A program made the position numbers and the translations under genes. A DNA stretch of 64,000 bases from a virus. The notes below the pieces were generated by a model. It had not been told where the DNA came from. It made no database searches and saw nothing but the letters and a program-made list of their open reading frames with translations. The DNA lies in IMG/VR virus record IMGVR_UViG_3300032093_000017; one strand, 5' to 3'. Positions 29,870-40,855 of this stretch are shown here, one piece after another (position 1 is the first letter of the stretch; the number at the start of each line of letters is the position of its first letter).

Positions 29870-30777
29870 ATATAGCATTATTATCTGATTATTCCATAGA
29901 AGAATATAAAAAATGTGGAAAAGAAAAATATTGGTCAACACCTAGAGGAATATATGATGCTTTTCTAAAAGACGAAAGAATATCTGAAATAAGATGGTAT
30001 CCATTACCTAGAGGGAATGAGTTTGGATTTATTGAATTGAAAAAACAATATGATGATGGGGAATTTGTTCCTGATATTATTTTTTATATGTCTTGTGGAC
30101 CTGCTAATGCGGATAAATTTTTTAATAAAGAAAATTTCCCAAAAAGTAAATTGGTTGTGGAATGTGGAGATGAACCTCAAACTTTTTCTTACAATGTAGA
30201 GAGAACTAAAAATGCGGATTTAATACTTACTCCCGATGTTGAGTGTTATTTGCATTATAAATCAATCGGTTATGACGTAATATTTACTTCACATTGGACT
30301 GATATGAATATTTTTTATTCATCTTTTACCACATATGAACCATTTGATGTTGTAACTTCTATGTATGGTGAAAGGGGTGAAGTTGTTAGTTATCTCCAAG
30401 AAAATCTTGGATCTTCTTTTTATCTTAAAAATAATTTAAAAGATATTGAAAATGGAGATCTTTATAGAAATGGAAAAATAGTTTTCCAAAAAGCAAGAGC
30501 TGGTGAAGTCACTCGACGTATTTTTGAAGGAATGTCTTGTAAAAAAATGGTAATAACAGATAGACTTGATAAAAATAAACAACTTGAAAATATTTTTGTT
30601 GAGAATGAAGAAATTATATTTTATTCTTCCAAAGAGGAAGCACTTGAAAAGATACAATTTTATTTAAATAATGATGATGAAAGAAATCGTATAGCAGAAA
30701 ATGGATATAAAAAAGTAATAGATTGCTTTACTACAAAAAATATTGTAGAATATGTTTTAACCGGAAAAGATGAATGA
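29866..30777 (+). CDS. GT-B glycosyltransferase (CgeB-like C-terminus)
   Basis: RIFEGMSC, ERNRIAENGY. Confidence 0.7.
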   Translation: MNIALLSDYSIEEYKKCGKEKYWSTPRGIYDAFLKDERISEIRWYPLPRGNEFGFIELKKQYDDGEFVPDIIFYMSCGPANADKFFNKENFPKSKLVVECGDEPQTFSYNVERTKNADLILTPDVECYLHYKSIGYDVIFTSHWTDMNIFYSSFTTYEPFDVVTSMYGERGEVVSYLQENLGSSFYLKNNLKDIENGDLYRNGKIVFQKARAGEVTRRIFEGMSCKKMVITDRLDKNKQLENIFVENEEIIFYSSKEEALEKIQFYLNNDDERNRIAENGYKKVIDCFTTKNIVEYVLTGKDE

Positions 30778-31529
30778 AAAAAATACTATTAGTTTTTGCT
30801 GACTATAATGACAATCGGCAAGAGTTTTTTGATAAGTATATGTCTCCAAGAAATCAAGAATATGCAGACAAGCATGGATTTGAGTATCTTGAGTTAAAAG
30901 AAAATTTATACAAGTATCGTGGAAGTTATACCTGGTTAAAATTTACTGTTCTTGAGCAAATGCTTGATGAAGGATACATCAAAGATGGGGATATTATAAC
31001 ACACCTTGATGCTGATATGTGCGTTGCAAAAATAGATATTCCATATGAGACAACAAAATCCTTTTCATATTCTATTGATTCTGGAAATACCCATTGTATG
31101 GGATCTTTTTCTATTAAAATTAATGAATGGTCTAGACAATTAATTTCAAATGTTCTTTCTGAAGATAGATATAGATCACTTAATGATGCTGTTACCAAAC
31201 ATGAAAGATTTGGATATGTAAATAGTTTTTGGCACGAGTTTAGAGAGCAGGCATCTTGGTATTCTTTAGCAGGAATTAAAAGACATTCTGATGAACCATT
31301 TTGGAATTTACCTGATTTTGGATGGCATTCATCAAAAGATGAATGGACGGTTTATTCTTTAGAAGAACTTTATGAACACGTTGAAGTTCTTCCAACTGCT
31401 TGGAATGTTACTGAACTTGAGGGGGAATCCTCTTGTGAATTTTTAATAAATAAGGTGTCAAAAGGAGATGTAATTATTCGTCATTTTGCTGGTGGACAAC
31501 AATGGAGAAAGGAGTGGTTTGAACAATGA
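30774..31529 (+). CDS. Glycosyltransferase, GT34-like
   Basis: YADKHGFEY, WLK, LDAD, EQ, IRHFAG. Confidence 0.6.
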   Translation: MKKILLVFADYNDNRQEFFDKYMSPRNQEYADKHGFEYLELKENLYKYRGSYTWLKFTVLEQMLDEGYIKDGDIITHLDADMCVAKIDIPYETTKSFSYSIDSGNTHCMGSFSIKINEWSRQLISNVLSEDRYRSLNDAVTKHERFGYVNSFWHEFREQASWYSLAGIKRHSDEPFWNLPDFGWHSSKDEWTVYSLEELYEHVEVLPTAWNVTELEGESSCEFLINKVSKGDVIIRHFAGGQQWRKEWFEQ

Positions 31530-32149
31530 AAAAGTATTTTTTGGATTGTGGAACGAATTTAGCACAAGGTTTGATAAAATTTATAGATGATGGAATTATA
31601 GATAGTACTTTTGAAATTCATTGTTTTGAACCAAATCCTTATGCAATTGAATTTTCAAAAAACAGATTGTTGAATAGTAAGTATAAAAATCATTCTATTA
31701 TTTTTAATGAGGTTGCTTTATGGACTGAAGAATGTAGTAAAGTTTTAACATTGGAATCATTTGATGGTGAATATTTTTGCCAACAAACAGGTAATCTTTT
31801 GGGATATGATTTAAAATCTGGTGGTGCAACTAATATTATGGGTGATGAATGGAGCAAACCTGGATGGATTGAGGATAACTGGATTGATAAAAGTTTGGAA
31901 GTTAAATGTATTGATTTTTCAGAATATTTAAAAAAAACTGTCAATGAAAATGATTATGTCATATGTAAAATGGACATTGAAGGTGCCGAATATGATGTTC
32001 TTGGTAAACTTATAGATGATGATAGTATAGATCTAATTGATGAAATTTATATTGAATGGCACAATCATTTATTGAAGACGAATTATGATACGCAAGCATT
32101 TATTGATGAAATGAAACGTAGAAATATAAAAGTTGAGAGTTGGATTTAA
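31526..32149 (+). CDS. FkbM-family methyltransferase
   Basis: LDCG, FEPNP, KMDIEGAEY. Confidence 0.8.
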   Translation: MKKYFLDCGTNLAQGLIKFIDDGIIDSTFEIHCFEPNPYAIEFSKNRLLNSKYKNHSIIFNEVALWTEECSKVLTLESFDGEYFCQQTGNLLGYDLKSGGATNIMGDEWSKPGWIEDNWIDKSLEVKCIDFSEYLKKTVNENDYVICKMDIEGAEYDVLGKLIDDDSIDLIDEIYIEWHNHLLKTNYDTQAFIDEMKRRNIKVESWI

Positions 32150-32151
32150 TC

Positions 32152-32769
32152 ATGAAAACTTTCATTTGTCATTGGAAAAAGTTAAAAAAAAGAAAAGAAG
32201 TTCTTTTAGAAGTTTTAAAAGAAGAAAAAATAGATGAATATGAATTTGTAACAGATTATGATGTTGATGATTGGAATATAGATGAAATTAAAAAAGAATT
32301 TCCAAAAATTTTTGAATTAAATCCAAAAGGAAGAAAGTTAAAATATTCTGAAATTTCTTTATCTTTAAAGCATATTAAAATAATTAATGAAGTCGCAGAA
32401 AAATACGATTATGCTTTAGTTTTGGAAGATGATGTAATTCTGTGTGATAATTTTCAAGAAGAATTTTTAAAGACTTTTCAACAACTTCCAGAAAATTGGG
32501 ATTTGGGGTGGGCTGGAACTTGTTGCAATCTACATTCTTATCCACCTAAAGGAATGAGAATATCTAAAACAAATGGTTCTAGATGCACTCATGCTTATAT
32601 TATAAACAATAAATGTGCAAAAAAAATTTTAGATGAATTGAAATATTGTAATGATGGAGCAGATTTTTATTATAATTATTTGATTGAAAAATATCAGTTG
32701 AATAATTATTGGTTTGAACCTCCATTGGCAATACAAAATCCTGACTTTGATACAACAATACAAAATTAA
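32152..32769 (+). CDS. Glycosyltransferase GT25
   Basis: SLKH, LVLEDD, THAYII. Confidence 0.75.
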   Translation: MKTFICHWKKLKKRKEVLLEVLKEEKIDEYEFVTDYDVDDWNIDEIKKEFPKIFELNPKGRKLKYSEISLSLKHIKIINEVAEKYDYALVLEDDVILCDNFQEEFLKTFQQLPENWDLGWAGTCCNLHSYPPKGMRISKTNGSRCTHAYIINNKCAKKILDELKYCNDGADFYYNYLIEKYQLNNYWFEPPLAIQNPDFDTTIQN

Positions 32770-32770
32770 A

Positions 32771-33625
32771 ATGAATATATCTTTTTTAGATTTTTGGCAA
32801 TACCCAAAAGCATTTAATCCAAATAATAATTTTTTTATTCATGTTATTCGTGAATTATTTGAAGAAGTTCAAGTTGTTCATCCAGAAGACGCAGATGTAA
32901 TATTTTTTAGTTCTTTTGGCACTGAAAATAGAATGTATAAAAATTGTAAAAAAGTTTTTTATACGGGAGAAAATCAAAGACCAAATTTTAAAAAATGTGA
33001 CTATTCTTTGACATTTGATTATGATAGTTATGATGGAAAAAATTTTCGTCTTCCTCTTTGGTATCTTTACATTGATTGGTTTGGGGTAATGACGTATGAT
33101 AATCCAGACTGGTTAATTCCTGAATCTTATCTTTATGATGAAAATGAATTTACAAAAAAAGAAAAGAATAAATTTTGTTCTATTGTTTTTGGTTCACCAA
33201 TAGATAGTAGATTGCAAGCAATTGATAGTATATCTAAATATAAACTAGTAGATGTTTTTGGAAAAGTAAACAAAAAATATTTTTTACCAGACGGTGAAAA
33301 ATATAAATTAGATTTAATATCTAATTATAAATTTTCACTTTGTTACGAAAATTCGATTCATTCTGGATATCATACAGAAAAATTTTTACACGGAAAAATT
33401 GCAGGAAATATTCCAATTTATTATGGGAGTGATACCGTAAGTATTGATTTTAATGAACATTGTTGTATTAATGCTAGTAATATGAGTTTGGAACAATTAA
33501 ATGAAAAAATTAAACAAATAGATAGTGATGATAAATTATATCAAGAAATTTTAAATCAACCTTTATTTACAGAAAAGATAAATCTTGATATAATAAAAGA
33601 ATCTTTTTATTGTATTTTAAAATAA
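32771..33625 (+). CDS. Alpha-1,3/4-fucosyltransferase-like (GT10)
   Basis: FYTGEN, RLPLW, YKFSLCYENS..GYHTEK, IPIYYG. Confidence 0.85.
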   Translation: MNISFLDFWQYPKAFNPNNNFFIHVIRELFEEVQVVHPEDADVIFFSSFGTENRMYKNCKKVFYTGENQRPNFKKCDYSLTFDYDSYDGKNFRLPLWYLYIDWFGVMTYDNPDWLIPESYLYDENEFTKKEKNKFCSIVFGSPIDSRLQAIDSISKYKLVDVFGKVNKKYFLPDGEKYKLDLISNYKFSLCYENSIHSGYHTEKFLHGKIAGNIPIYYGSDTVSIDFNEHCCINASNMSLEQLNEKIKQIDSDDKLYQEILNQPLFTEKINLDIIKESFYCILK

Positions 33626-33639
33626 ATTACTAAAAAATT

Positions 33640-34278
33640 ATGAATTATCAAAGACAACCTGATTTGCCTTATCCACAACCTTGGGAATGGATTAAAGATA
33701 ATATAGAATTTTCTGATGATGAATGTTTATATGTTGATGTTGGGGCAAATGATGGTTTGATTGTTTCCAATACAGCATATTTTGATCTTGACCTTAATTG
33801 GAAGGGAATATGTATAGAACCACATCCTAGAGCATTTTCTGAATTAATAAAAAATAGAACTAATTCTATTAATTTAAATATTTGTATTTCTGATGAAGAA
33901 GGTGAAGTTGATTTTTGTGCTGTGAGTGGATATGCAGAAATGCTTTCTGGGATAGAAAAATGTTACCATCCAGACCATAAAAAAAGGATAAAATCAGAGA
34001 TTGAAAAATATGGTGGCAATAAAGAAATTGTAAAAATAATTTCAAAACCATTACGACAAGTTTTATCTGAAAATGAAGTAAAAAAAGTTGATTATCTTTC
34101 AATAGACACTGAAGGATCAGAATTGCAAATTCTCAAAAGTATTGATTTTGATGCTGTAGATATTAGAGTAATTTCCACTGAAAATTCTTCTAAATCTGAT
34201 ATAAAAATATTTTTAGAAAGTAAAGGATTTGTTTTTGCTGATATGGTATGTTGTGATGAAATTTATTATAAAAAATAA
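33640..34278 (+). CDS. FkbM-family methyltransferase
   Basis: VDVGANDG, IEP, SIDTEGSE. Confidence 0.85.
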   Translation: MNYQRQPDLPYPQPWEWIKDNIEFSDDECLYVDVGANDGLIVSNTAYFDLDLNWKGICIEPHPRAFSELIKNRTNSINLNICISDEEGEVDFCAVSGYAEMLSGIEKCYHPDHKKRIKSEIEKYGGNKEIVKIISKPLRQVLSENEVKKVDYLSIDTEGSELQILKSIDFDAVDIRVISTENSSKSDIKIFLESKGFVFADMVCCDEIYYKK

Positions 34279-34281
34279 ATT

Positions 34282-35007
34282 ATGAAAATAGCAGTTTGTT
34301 TTTCGGGAAAAACTAGAAATTTTGAAGATACTTATCCTTATTTTAAAAAAAATTTATTTGATAAATTTGATACTGATGTATTTGTATTTTCATCTCCCAA
34401 TAAACATGGATATGATTATAATATAAACAAAATTAAAGAATTGTATGATCCTAAAAAAATTATTTTAAATGATGATAATTTTTATAAAAATATATCTAAG
34501 GAATATAATTTTAAAGACCCATTAATACAAATGTGGTATAATATTTTTCATGCCGATAAACTAAGAAGGGATTATGAAATTAAAAATGATTTAAAATATA
34601 ATTATGTTTTTAGAATGAGATTTGATTTCTTTTTTATTAAAACTTTAAATGAAGTTTCAATAAAATTAAATGAAATAGATGATAACACTGTTGCAATTCC
34701 ATATAGGTGGAATTTTTCGGAAGTTCATCCTATGGCAAAAACTGACATGTTTTCTATAGGTACTTCAACATCTATGACAAAATATTGTAATTTATTTGAA
34801 TGTATAAATGATTATATTTTTTCTTTGCCAAAAAATAGTAATGGAACCCCTCATCCAGAATCTTTACTTGGAGTTTATTTAAATTCAATTGGATTGAATG
34901 TGATTCCAACCGAATCACCATATGAATTTGAGTATCCTAATGAAATAGATATTGGATCTAAAGAACTTTCGTTTATATCAAATTATAGAAAATCTGCATT
35001 TGATTAA
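34282..35007 (+). CDS. Putative glycan-modifying protein (KIAVCFSG..R family)
   Basis: Paralog of 38332; RMRFD; HPE. Confidence 0.55.
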   Translation: MKIAVCFSGKTRNFEDTYPYFKKNLFDKFDTDVFVFSSPNKHGYDYNINKIKELYDPKKIILNDDNFYKNISKEYNFKDPLIQMWYNIFHADKLRRDYEIKNDLKYNYVFRMRFDFFFIKTLNEVSIKLNEIDDNTVAIPYRWNFSEVHPMAKTDMFSIGTSTSMTKYCNLFECINDYIFSLPKNSNGTPHPESLLGVYLNSIGLNVIPTESPYEFEYPNEIDIGSKELSFISNYRKSAFD

Positions 35008-35050
35008 CTATTGTTATTGTGATATAATACCTGTAGTAGTTTTTTTTTTT

Positions 35051-35677
35051 ATGACTGAAAGATCATACTCTAACGATCCAACAAATGTAATAACGGAGTA
35101 TCAATTCTGTCCGAATGATTGTCCTTCTCAAGTATTTGATTTGCCAAATAAAAATGAAATATCAATAGTGGTTGTTGGTGCTCATGATGGTGTTAATGGA
35201 GAACAATATGGATTGATGCCATTTCTTGATAATATTGATAATTTTAAAATCTATCTAATAGAACCAATAAAGTCATGGTTTGATCAGTTGTACGAAGTTT
35301 ATGGAAAATTTGGAGAACGTGTAGTATATTTAAATTATGCAATTACTGAAAAAACTTCAAAAATAAAAATGATAGATCAGGGAGTCATGTCTAAAATTGG
35401 TGATGGGAATTTGGTAGTTGAATCAAAATCTTGGAATGATTTTATATGTGAAAATAAAATTAATTCTATAGATATTTTGCTTTTAGATTGTGAGGGGTAT
35501 GAATTTAATATCTTGAAGCAAATTAATTATGAAAAAAATCCACCAAAAAATATTAGATATGAATATGTACATTCCCAAGATAAAGAGGAGATGGATTTGT
35601 TCTTAAAAAAAATGGGTTATGATATAACCTTAGATGATACTGACCCGACATATAATAAAGTTGCTAAAAGAGTATGA
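35051..35677 (+). CDS. FkbM-family methyltransferase
   Basis: VGAHDG, IEP, LDCEGYE. Confidence 0.75.
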   Translation: MTERSYSNDPTNVITEYQFCPNDCPSQVFDLPNKNEISIVVVGAHDGVNGEQYGLMPFLDNIDNFKIYLIEPIKSWFDQLYEVYGKFGERVVYLNYAITEKTSKIKMIDQGVMSKIGDGNLVVESKSWNDFICENKINSIDILLLDCEGYEFNILKQINYEKNPPKNIRYEYVHSQDKEEMDLFLKKMGYDITLDDTDPTYNKVAKRV

Positions 35678-36468
35678 AGATAAAAGTTTTTGTAGTAACC
35701 TATAATAATTTTGAGTATTTAAAAAATAATATAGTATCTATTTTAAACTCTGATTTAGTTAATTATAATTATTCAATAAATGTTATTGATAATTATTGCC
35801 AGGGAAATAAAGTAAAAAACTTTTGTTATGAAAATAATATAAATTTATTTGAAAATAAGTTAAGACCTTCTTTTTCTACAGGGCATCTATCCAGAAGTTG
35901 GAATCAATGTATTATTAATGGATTTAAAGATTTAAATAATCCCGATTGTGATATTCTTGTTTTGTGTCAAGATGATAATTTATTTTTATCTGAATGGTGC
36001 AATGAATTGATTGGTCATCATGATACTTATGAATTTATTTCTATGGGTGGTGGTGATCAATTCCATTCATATAAACCAGAACATATTAAAAAAGTAGGTT
36101 TATGGGACGAAAGATTTTGTAATATAGGTTATCAAGAATATGATTACTTTATTAGATCTTATATTTACAATAAAGAATATTCTTCTATTAATGATCGAAA
36201 ACACAAAAGATTATATAATACTATTGGAGATAAATTTATAAGTCATGATGACCATTTGATTGGTGGTATGAGAAGTGATCCAAGACATTTAAATAGTACA
36301 AAATATCATAATATATCACATCAAATTTTAATTCAAAAATGGGGAAGTGAAATTTGGAATATTGACTACTTAAACACTTTATGTGTAAGTAAAATACCAA
36401 ATTATGTATATTATCCTTATTTTGAAAAGGACATATATAATTTGAAAGAAAAAAATTATTTGATTTAA
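35674..36468 (+). CDS. GT2-like glycosyltransferase
   Basis: VVTYN, VIDN, QDD, GLWDERF. Confidence 0.65.
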   Translation: MKIKVFVVTYNNFEYLKNNIVSILNSDLVNYNYSINVIDNYCQGNKVKNFCYENNINLFENKLRPSFSTGHLSRSWNQCIINGFKDLNNPDCDILVLCQDDNLFLSEWCNELIGHHDTYEFISMGGGDQFHSYKPEHIKKVGLWDERFCNIGYQEYDYFIRSYIYNKEYSSINDRKHKRLYNTIGDKFISHDDHLIGGMRSDPRHLNSTKYHNISHQILIQKWGSEIWNIDYLNTLCVSKIPNYVYYPYFEKDIYNLKEKNYLI

Positions 36469-36494
36469 TTTTTTTATTTATTTTTATTTTTTAA

Positions 36495-37862
36495 ATGAAC
36501 AGTTTAGTTATCTTTGATTTGGATGGTGTCCTAATCGACAGTAAAGATTATCATTATGAAGCATTAAATCAAGCACTTGGAAATGAGTATGCTATCGGTA
36601 GAGAAGAACATGTAAGCATTTATGATGGTCTTCCCACAAAAGCAAAATTAGAACTTTTAACCAAGAATAAAGGTCTTCCCGTAGATCTTTATGATAAAAT
36701 TTGGAGAGAAAAGCAAGAAGCAACTCTCAAAATCTTTAATGACTGCGTTGCAAAAGATTATGAGTTGATGGGATATTTCCAACAACTTGTAGATGCTGGA
36801 TATAAGATTGCTGTTGCATCTAACAGTATTCGTAATACTGTAAAGATTATTCTCTTACGTCTTGGGCTTCTGGAATTTATTGATATGTACGTCTCCAATG
36901 AAGACGTTGTTCGCAATAAACCATTCCCAGCAATGTATTGGAAGTGTATGACTGCTTTAGGTGCTCTTCCAGCAGACACTGTAATTGTTGAGGACAGTCA
37001 TATTGGTAGACAGGGAGCATTGGATAGTAAAGCGCACCTTGTTCCAGTGGAGAATAGAAAAGATTTAAATCAAGAAAAGATTAATAGGATTAAAAAGATT
37101 CTTAATGGCAAAAAACAAAAGGTTGCATGGGAGAGCAAAACTATGAATGTTCTGATCCCTATGGCAGGTGCTGGCAGTAGATTTGCTAGCCAGGGATACA
37201 CCTTCCCCAAACCTCTGATTGAAGTTAGAGGTAAACCAATGATCCAAGTAGTGGTTGAGAATCTAAACATTAAAGCAAACTATACTTTTATTGTTCAAAA
37301 GGAACACTATGAAAAGTATAATTTAAATTATCTTCTTCCACTGATTGCTCCTAATTGCAACATTGTTCAAGTAGATGGCATTACTGAAGGTGCTGCTTGT
37401 ACTACTCTCTTAGCTAAACAGTTTATTGATAATGATGAACCTCTTGTAATGGCAAACTCAGATCAGTTTGTTGTTTGGGATTCAAATGAAACTCTTTATG
37501 CTTTTCAGAATGGAGAATGTGATGGAGGTATCCTGACATTCCCTGCAACTCATCCCAAGTGGTCCTATGCTAAACTTGGTGAAGATGGATATGTTGAAGA
37601 GGTTGCTGAGAAGAAGCCAATTTCAGAACATGCAACTGTTGGAATTTATTATTGGAAGAAAGGTTCTGACTATGTTAAGTATGCAGAACAAATGATTAAA
37701 AAAGATATTAGAGTCAATAATGAGTTCTATGTTTGTCCTGTATTCAATGAAGCAATTTCTGATGGAAAGAAAATCAGAATTAAAGAAATAGAGAAAGATG
37801 GAATGTGGGGAATTGGAACACCCGAAGATCTAAACTATTTTTTGGAGAACTACAAAGAATGA
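36495..37862 (+). CDS. HAD phosphatase fused to a nucleotidyltransferase
   Basis: FDLDGVL...VEDS; IPMAGAGSRF...PKPLI; GTPEDL. Confidence 0.88.
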   Translation: MNSLVIFDLDGVLIDSKDYHYEALNQALGNEYAIGREEHVSIYDGLPTKAKLELLTKNKGLPVDLYDKIWREKQEATLKIFNDCVAKDYELMGYFQQLVDAGYKIAVASNSIRNTVKIILLRLGLLEFIDMYVSNEDVVRNKPFPAMYWKCMTALGALPADTVIVEDSHIGRQGALDSKAHLVPVENRKDLNQEKINRIKKILNGKKQKVAWESKTMNVLIPMAGAGSRFASQGYTFPKPLIEVRGKPMIQVVVENLNIKANYTFIVQKEHYEKYNLNYLLPLIAPNCNIVQVDGITEGAACTTLLAKQFIDNDEPLVMANSDQFVVWDSNETLYAFQNGECDGGILTFPATHPKWSYAKLGEDGYVEEVAEKKPISEHATVGIYYWKKGSDYVKYAEQMIKKDIRVNNEFYVCPVFNEAISDGKKIRIKEIEKDGMWGIGTPEDLNYFLENYKE

Positions 37863-38314
37863 AATTGATCGCACATAGAGGAAATTTGAATGGACCAAAT
37901 CCCACTAGAGAAAATAGTATTGATTATATTGAAGAAGCTATATCTGAAGGTTTTGACGTAGAGATTGATTTGAGACATAAAGATCAACGTTTTTATTTGG
38001 GACATGATGAACCACAATATCATGCACCTATGACTTGGTTAGTTAAATGGAAAGACAATCTTTGGATTCATTGTAAAGAACTAGAATCTTTAGACAAAAT
38101 TTCCAATAGTCCAATAGATTTTAATTATTTTTGGCATCAGGAAGATGACTTTACGTTGACAAGCAAAAAATATATTTGGACTTATCCTGGAAAATCTTAT
38201 ACATCAAATTCTGTCATTGTTATGCCAGAAATAAATTTAGATATAAATTCATTTAGTAAATTAAGAACATATGAATGTTTTGGTGTTTGTAGTGATTATC
38301 TGAATAAAATTTAA
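37859..38314 (+). CDS. GDPD/PLC-like phosphodiesterase
   Basis: IAHRG, EN, VEID, GHD, WIHCK. Confidence 0.75.
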   Translation: MKLIAHRGNLNGPNPTRENSIDYIEEAISEGFDVEIDLRHKDQRFYLGHDEPQYHAPMTWLVKWKDNLWIHCKELESLDKISNSPIDFNYFWHQEDDFTLTSKKYIWTYPGKSYTSNSVIVMPEINLDINSFSKLRTYECFGVCSDYLNKI

Positions 38315-38331
38315 AAAGAAGTTTTTTTACA

Positions 38332-39015
38332 ATGAAAATAGCACTTTGTTTATCTGGTCAACCTAGATATTTGGACGAAGGATACAAACAAATTTATGAA
38401 AATATATTATCAAAATATTCTGTTGATACATTTATTCATACTTGGTGGGATTCTGCAATTACTAATCAAAAAATGATAGGTTCTGATCATAATAGAACAT
38501 ATTTTTGGAAAGAAGATACTATACAATTAATAAAAGAATATTATTCCCCTATTGAATTTTTGTATGAACCACAGATAGAATTTGAAACATATTCTGATGT
38601 GAATTATGAATTACTTACTCCAATGAATGTTCATAGTATGTTTTATTCAATCCAGGAGTCGAATGAATTAAAAATAAAATATGAACAAGAGAATAATTTT
38701 GTTTATGATGCAGTAGTTAGATGTAGATTTGATATTTTATTTAATAAATTTGATATTAAACTTATTGATTTGGATTTGAATTTAATCAATTGCTATATGC
38801 TTAATGATGAATTTCCAAATGATCAATTTGCAATTTCATCATCATTTAATATGAACATATACTCTAAGATTTTTAGTAATTTAGAAAAGTATAAACAATC
38901 TGGATGGACTGGATTTATTGGAGAAAGGATTTTAAAGCATCATTTAGAAATGAATAATTTAAATTTTAATAAAAAAATTCAAGACAAAATAAACGTTAAT
39001 ATTATAAAAAAATGA
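38332..39015 (+). CDS. Putative glycan-modifying protein (KIALCLSGQPR family)
   Basis: Paralog of 34282; RCRFD; NDQFA. Confidence 0.55.
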   Translation: MKIALCLSGQPRYLDEGYKQIYENILSKYSVDTFIHTWWDSAITNQKMIGSDHNRTYFWKEDTIQLIKEYYSPIEFLYEPQIEFETYSDVNYELLTPMNVHSMFYSIQESNELKIKYEQENNFVYDAVVRCRFDILFNKFDIKLIDLDLNLINCYMLNDEFPNDQFAISSSFNMNIYSKIFSNLEKYKQSGWTGFIGERILKHHLEMNNLNFNKKIQDKINVNIIKK

Positions 39016-39965
39016 AAATAGCATTTCATGATAATTCTCTTTCTTTGAGGGGAACTACTGTAGCAATTTATGATTGGGCATATTGGACTAGGCATTATCT
39101 TGGAATTGAACCAATTATTATGTTTGATGTGAATCATTCTGCAAATGATTCTGGTGTTATTGAAAAATTTGAATCTGAATTTTCGGTATTTGGGTATTCA
39201 AATTTAAGCCAAATTGATACTATTTTGGAAAAAAATAATTGTGATGCCTTTTTGATGGAAAAGGGAGGTGAACCAGATGGGGTACTTTCATCTGTATGTA
39301 AAAATTTAATTAATGCTATTTCTGGAAATTGGAAATCAGAATGGGTGCATGGAGATGTTTATGCTATGGGATCTAAATGGTTATCAAAAATAACTGATTA
39401 TAAAATTCCATATGTTCCTTACATGGTTTATCTTCCCAATACTGATGAAAATATGAGGAATGAACTGGGAATTCCTCAAAATGATTTAGTTTTTGGTAGA
39501 AATGGTGGATGGGAAACTTTTGATTTGGATTTTGTGAAGCAAGCAATTGTTGAAGTTTTGGAAGAAAGAACTGACATTTGGTTTGTTTTTCAATTTACCG
39601 AACCCTTTGTCAATCACGAAAGAGTGATATATCTTCCTGGAACTGCTAATTTGGAAACAAAAGTTAAATTCATTAATACATGTGATGTTATGCTTCATGC
39701 AAGACAAGTTGGTGAATCTTTTGGATTATCTTGTGCGGAATTTTCAATCAGAAATAAACCTGTTATTACTTATTACAATTCACCAGAAAAAAATCACATA
39801 GATACTTTAGGAGAAAAGGGAATTTATTACGAAAATAAATCAGATATTCTTCATATTCTTAGAAATTTAGATAAAAATGAAATAAATGTATTAGAATGGA
39901 ATTGTTATCGGGAGTATTCTCCAGAAAAAGTAGTTCAAAAATTTAAAGAGGTTTATTTGAAATGA
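39012..39965 (+). CDS. GT-B (GT4-like) glycosyltransferase
   Basis: RGT; GESFGLSCAE; KPVI. Confidence 0.7.
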   Translation: MKIAFHDNSLSLRGTTVAIYDWAYWTRHYLGIEPIIMFDVNHSANDSGVIEKFESEFSVFGYSNLSQIDTILEKNNCDAFLMEKGGEPDGVLSSVCKNLINAISGNWKSEWVHGDVYAMGSKWLSKITDYKIPYVPYMVYLPNTDENMRNELGIPQNDLVFGRNGGWETFDLDFVKQAIVEVLEERTDIWFVFQFTEPFVNHERVIYLPGTANLETKVKFINTCDVMLHARQVGESFGLSCAEFSIRNKPVITYYNSPEKNHIDTLGEKGIYYENKSDILHILRNLDKNEINVLEWNCYREYSPEKVVQKFKEVYLK

Positions 39966-40855
39966 AATCATTAGTAACAGGTGGAGCAGGATTTATTGGA
40001 TCAAATCTTGTTGATGAATTGATTGAACTTGGACATGAAGTTATTGTAATTGATAATGAATTTTCCGATGTTCATGATCAATTTTATTGGAATACAAAAG
40101 CAAAAAATTATAAGTATGATATTCGGGATTATGAAAATACGCGACCTTTGTATGAAGGTGTAGATTATGTATTTCATCTTGCTGCTGAGGCAAGGATTCA
40201 ACCAGCAATTTTAAGTCCTATTGAAGCAGTTAGTATTAATTGTGTAGGTACTGTTACAGTCCTTCAGTGTGCTAGAGAAGCAGGAGTAAAGAAAGTGATT
40301 TATTCTTCTACATCTTCTGGTTATGGATTTAATGAAAAACCAAATCACGAAAATCAACGAGATGATTGTTTAAATCCATATTCGGTATCTAAAGTTGCTG
40401 GAGAAAAACTCTGCAAAATGTATAATGACTTATTTGGTCTTAAAACAATTTCCTTTAGGTATTTTAATGTTTATGGTGAAAGGCAACCTTTAAAAGGACA
40501 ATATGCTCCAGTTATTGGTATTTTCTTACGTCAACGAAAGGATGGTGAACCTCTTACTATTGTTGGGGATGGGGAACAACGTAGAGACTTTACACACGTA
40601 TCTGATGTAGTTCAAGCAAATATTCTTGCAGCAACAAAAGATATTGATGATGAATATTATGGTGAACTTTATAATGTGGGTAATGGTGTGAATTACTCAA
40701 TTAATGAAATTGCAAATGTTATATCTGATAAACAAATAAATATTCCAGCAAGAATTGGAGAATCACGAATTACTCTTGCAAATAATGGAAAATTGAGAAC
40801 CATTTTTGGATGGAGACCTCAAGTAAATTTAATGGATTGGATTAAAACTCAATGA
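39962..40855 (+). CDS. NAD-dependent epimerase/dehydratase
   Basis: TGGAGFIGS, PYSVSK, RYFNVYG, RDFTHV. Confidence 0.92.
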   Translation: MKSLVTGGAGFIGSNLVDELIELGHEVIVIDNEFSDVHDQFYWNTKAKNYKYDIRDYENTRPLYEGVDYVFHLAAEARIQPAILSPIEAVSINCVGTVTVLQCAREAGVKKVIYSSTSSGYGFNEKPNHENQRDDCLNPYSVSKVAGEKLCKMYNDLFGLKTISFRYFNVYGERQPLKGQYAPVIGIFLRQRKDGEPLTIVGDGEQRRDFTHVSDVVQANILAATKDIDDEYYGELYNVGNGVNYSINEIANVISDKQINIPARIGESRITLANNGKLRTIFGWRPQVNLMDWIKTQ

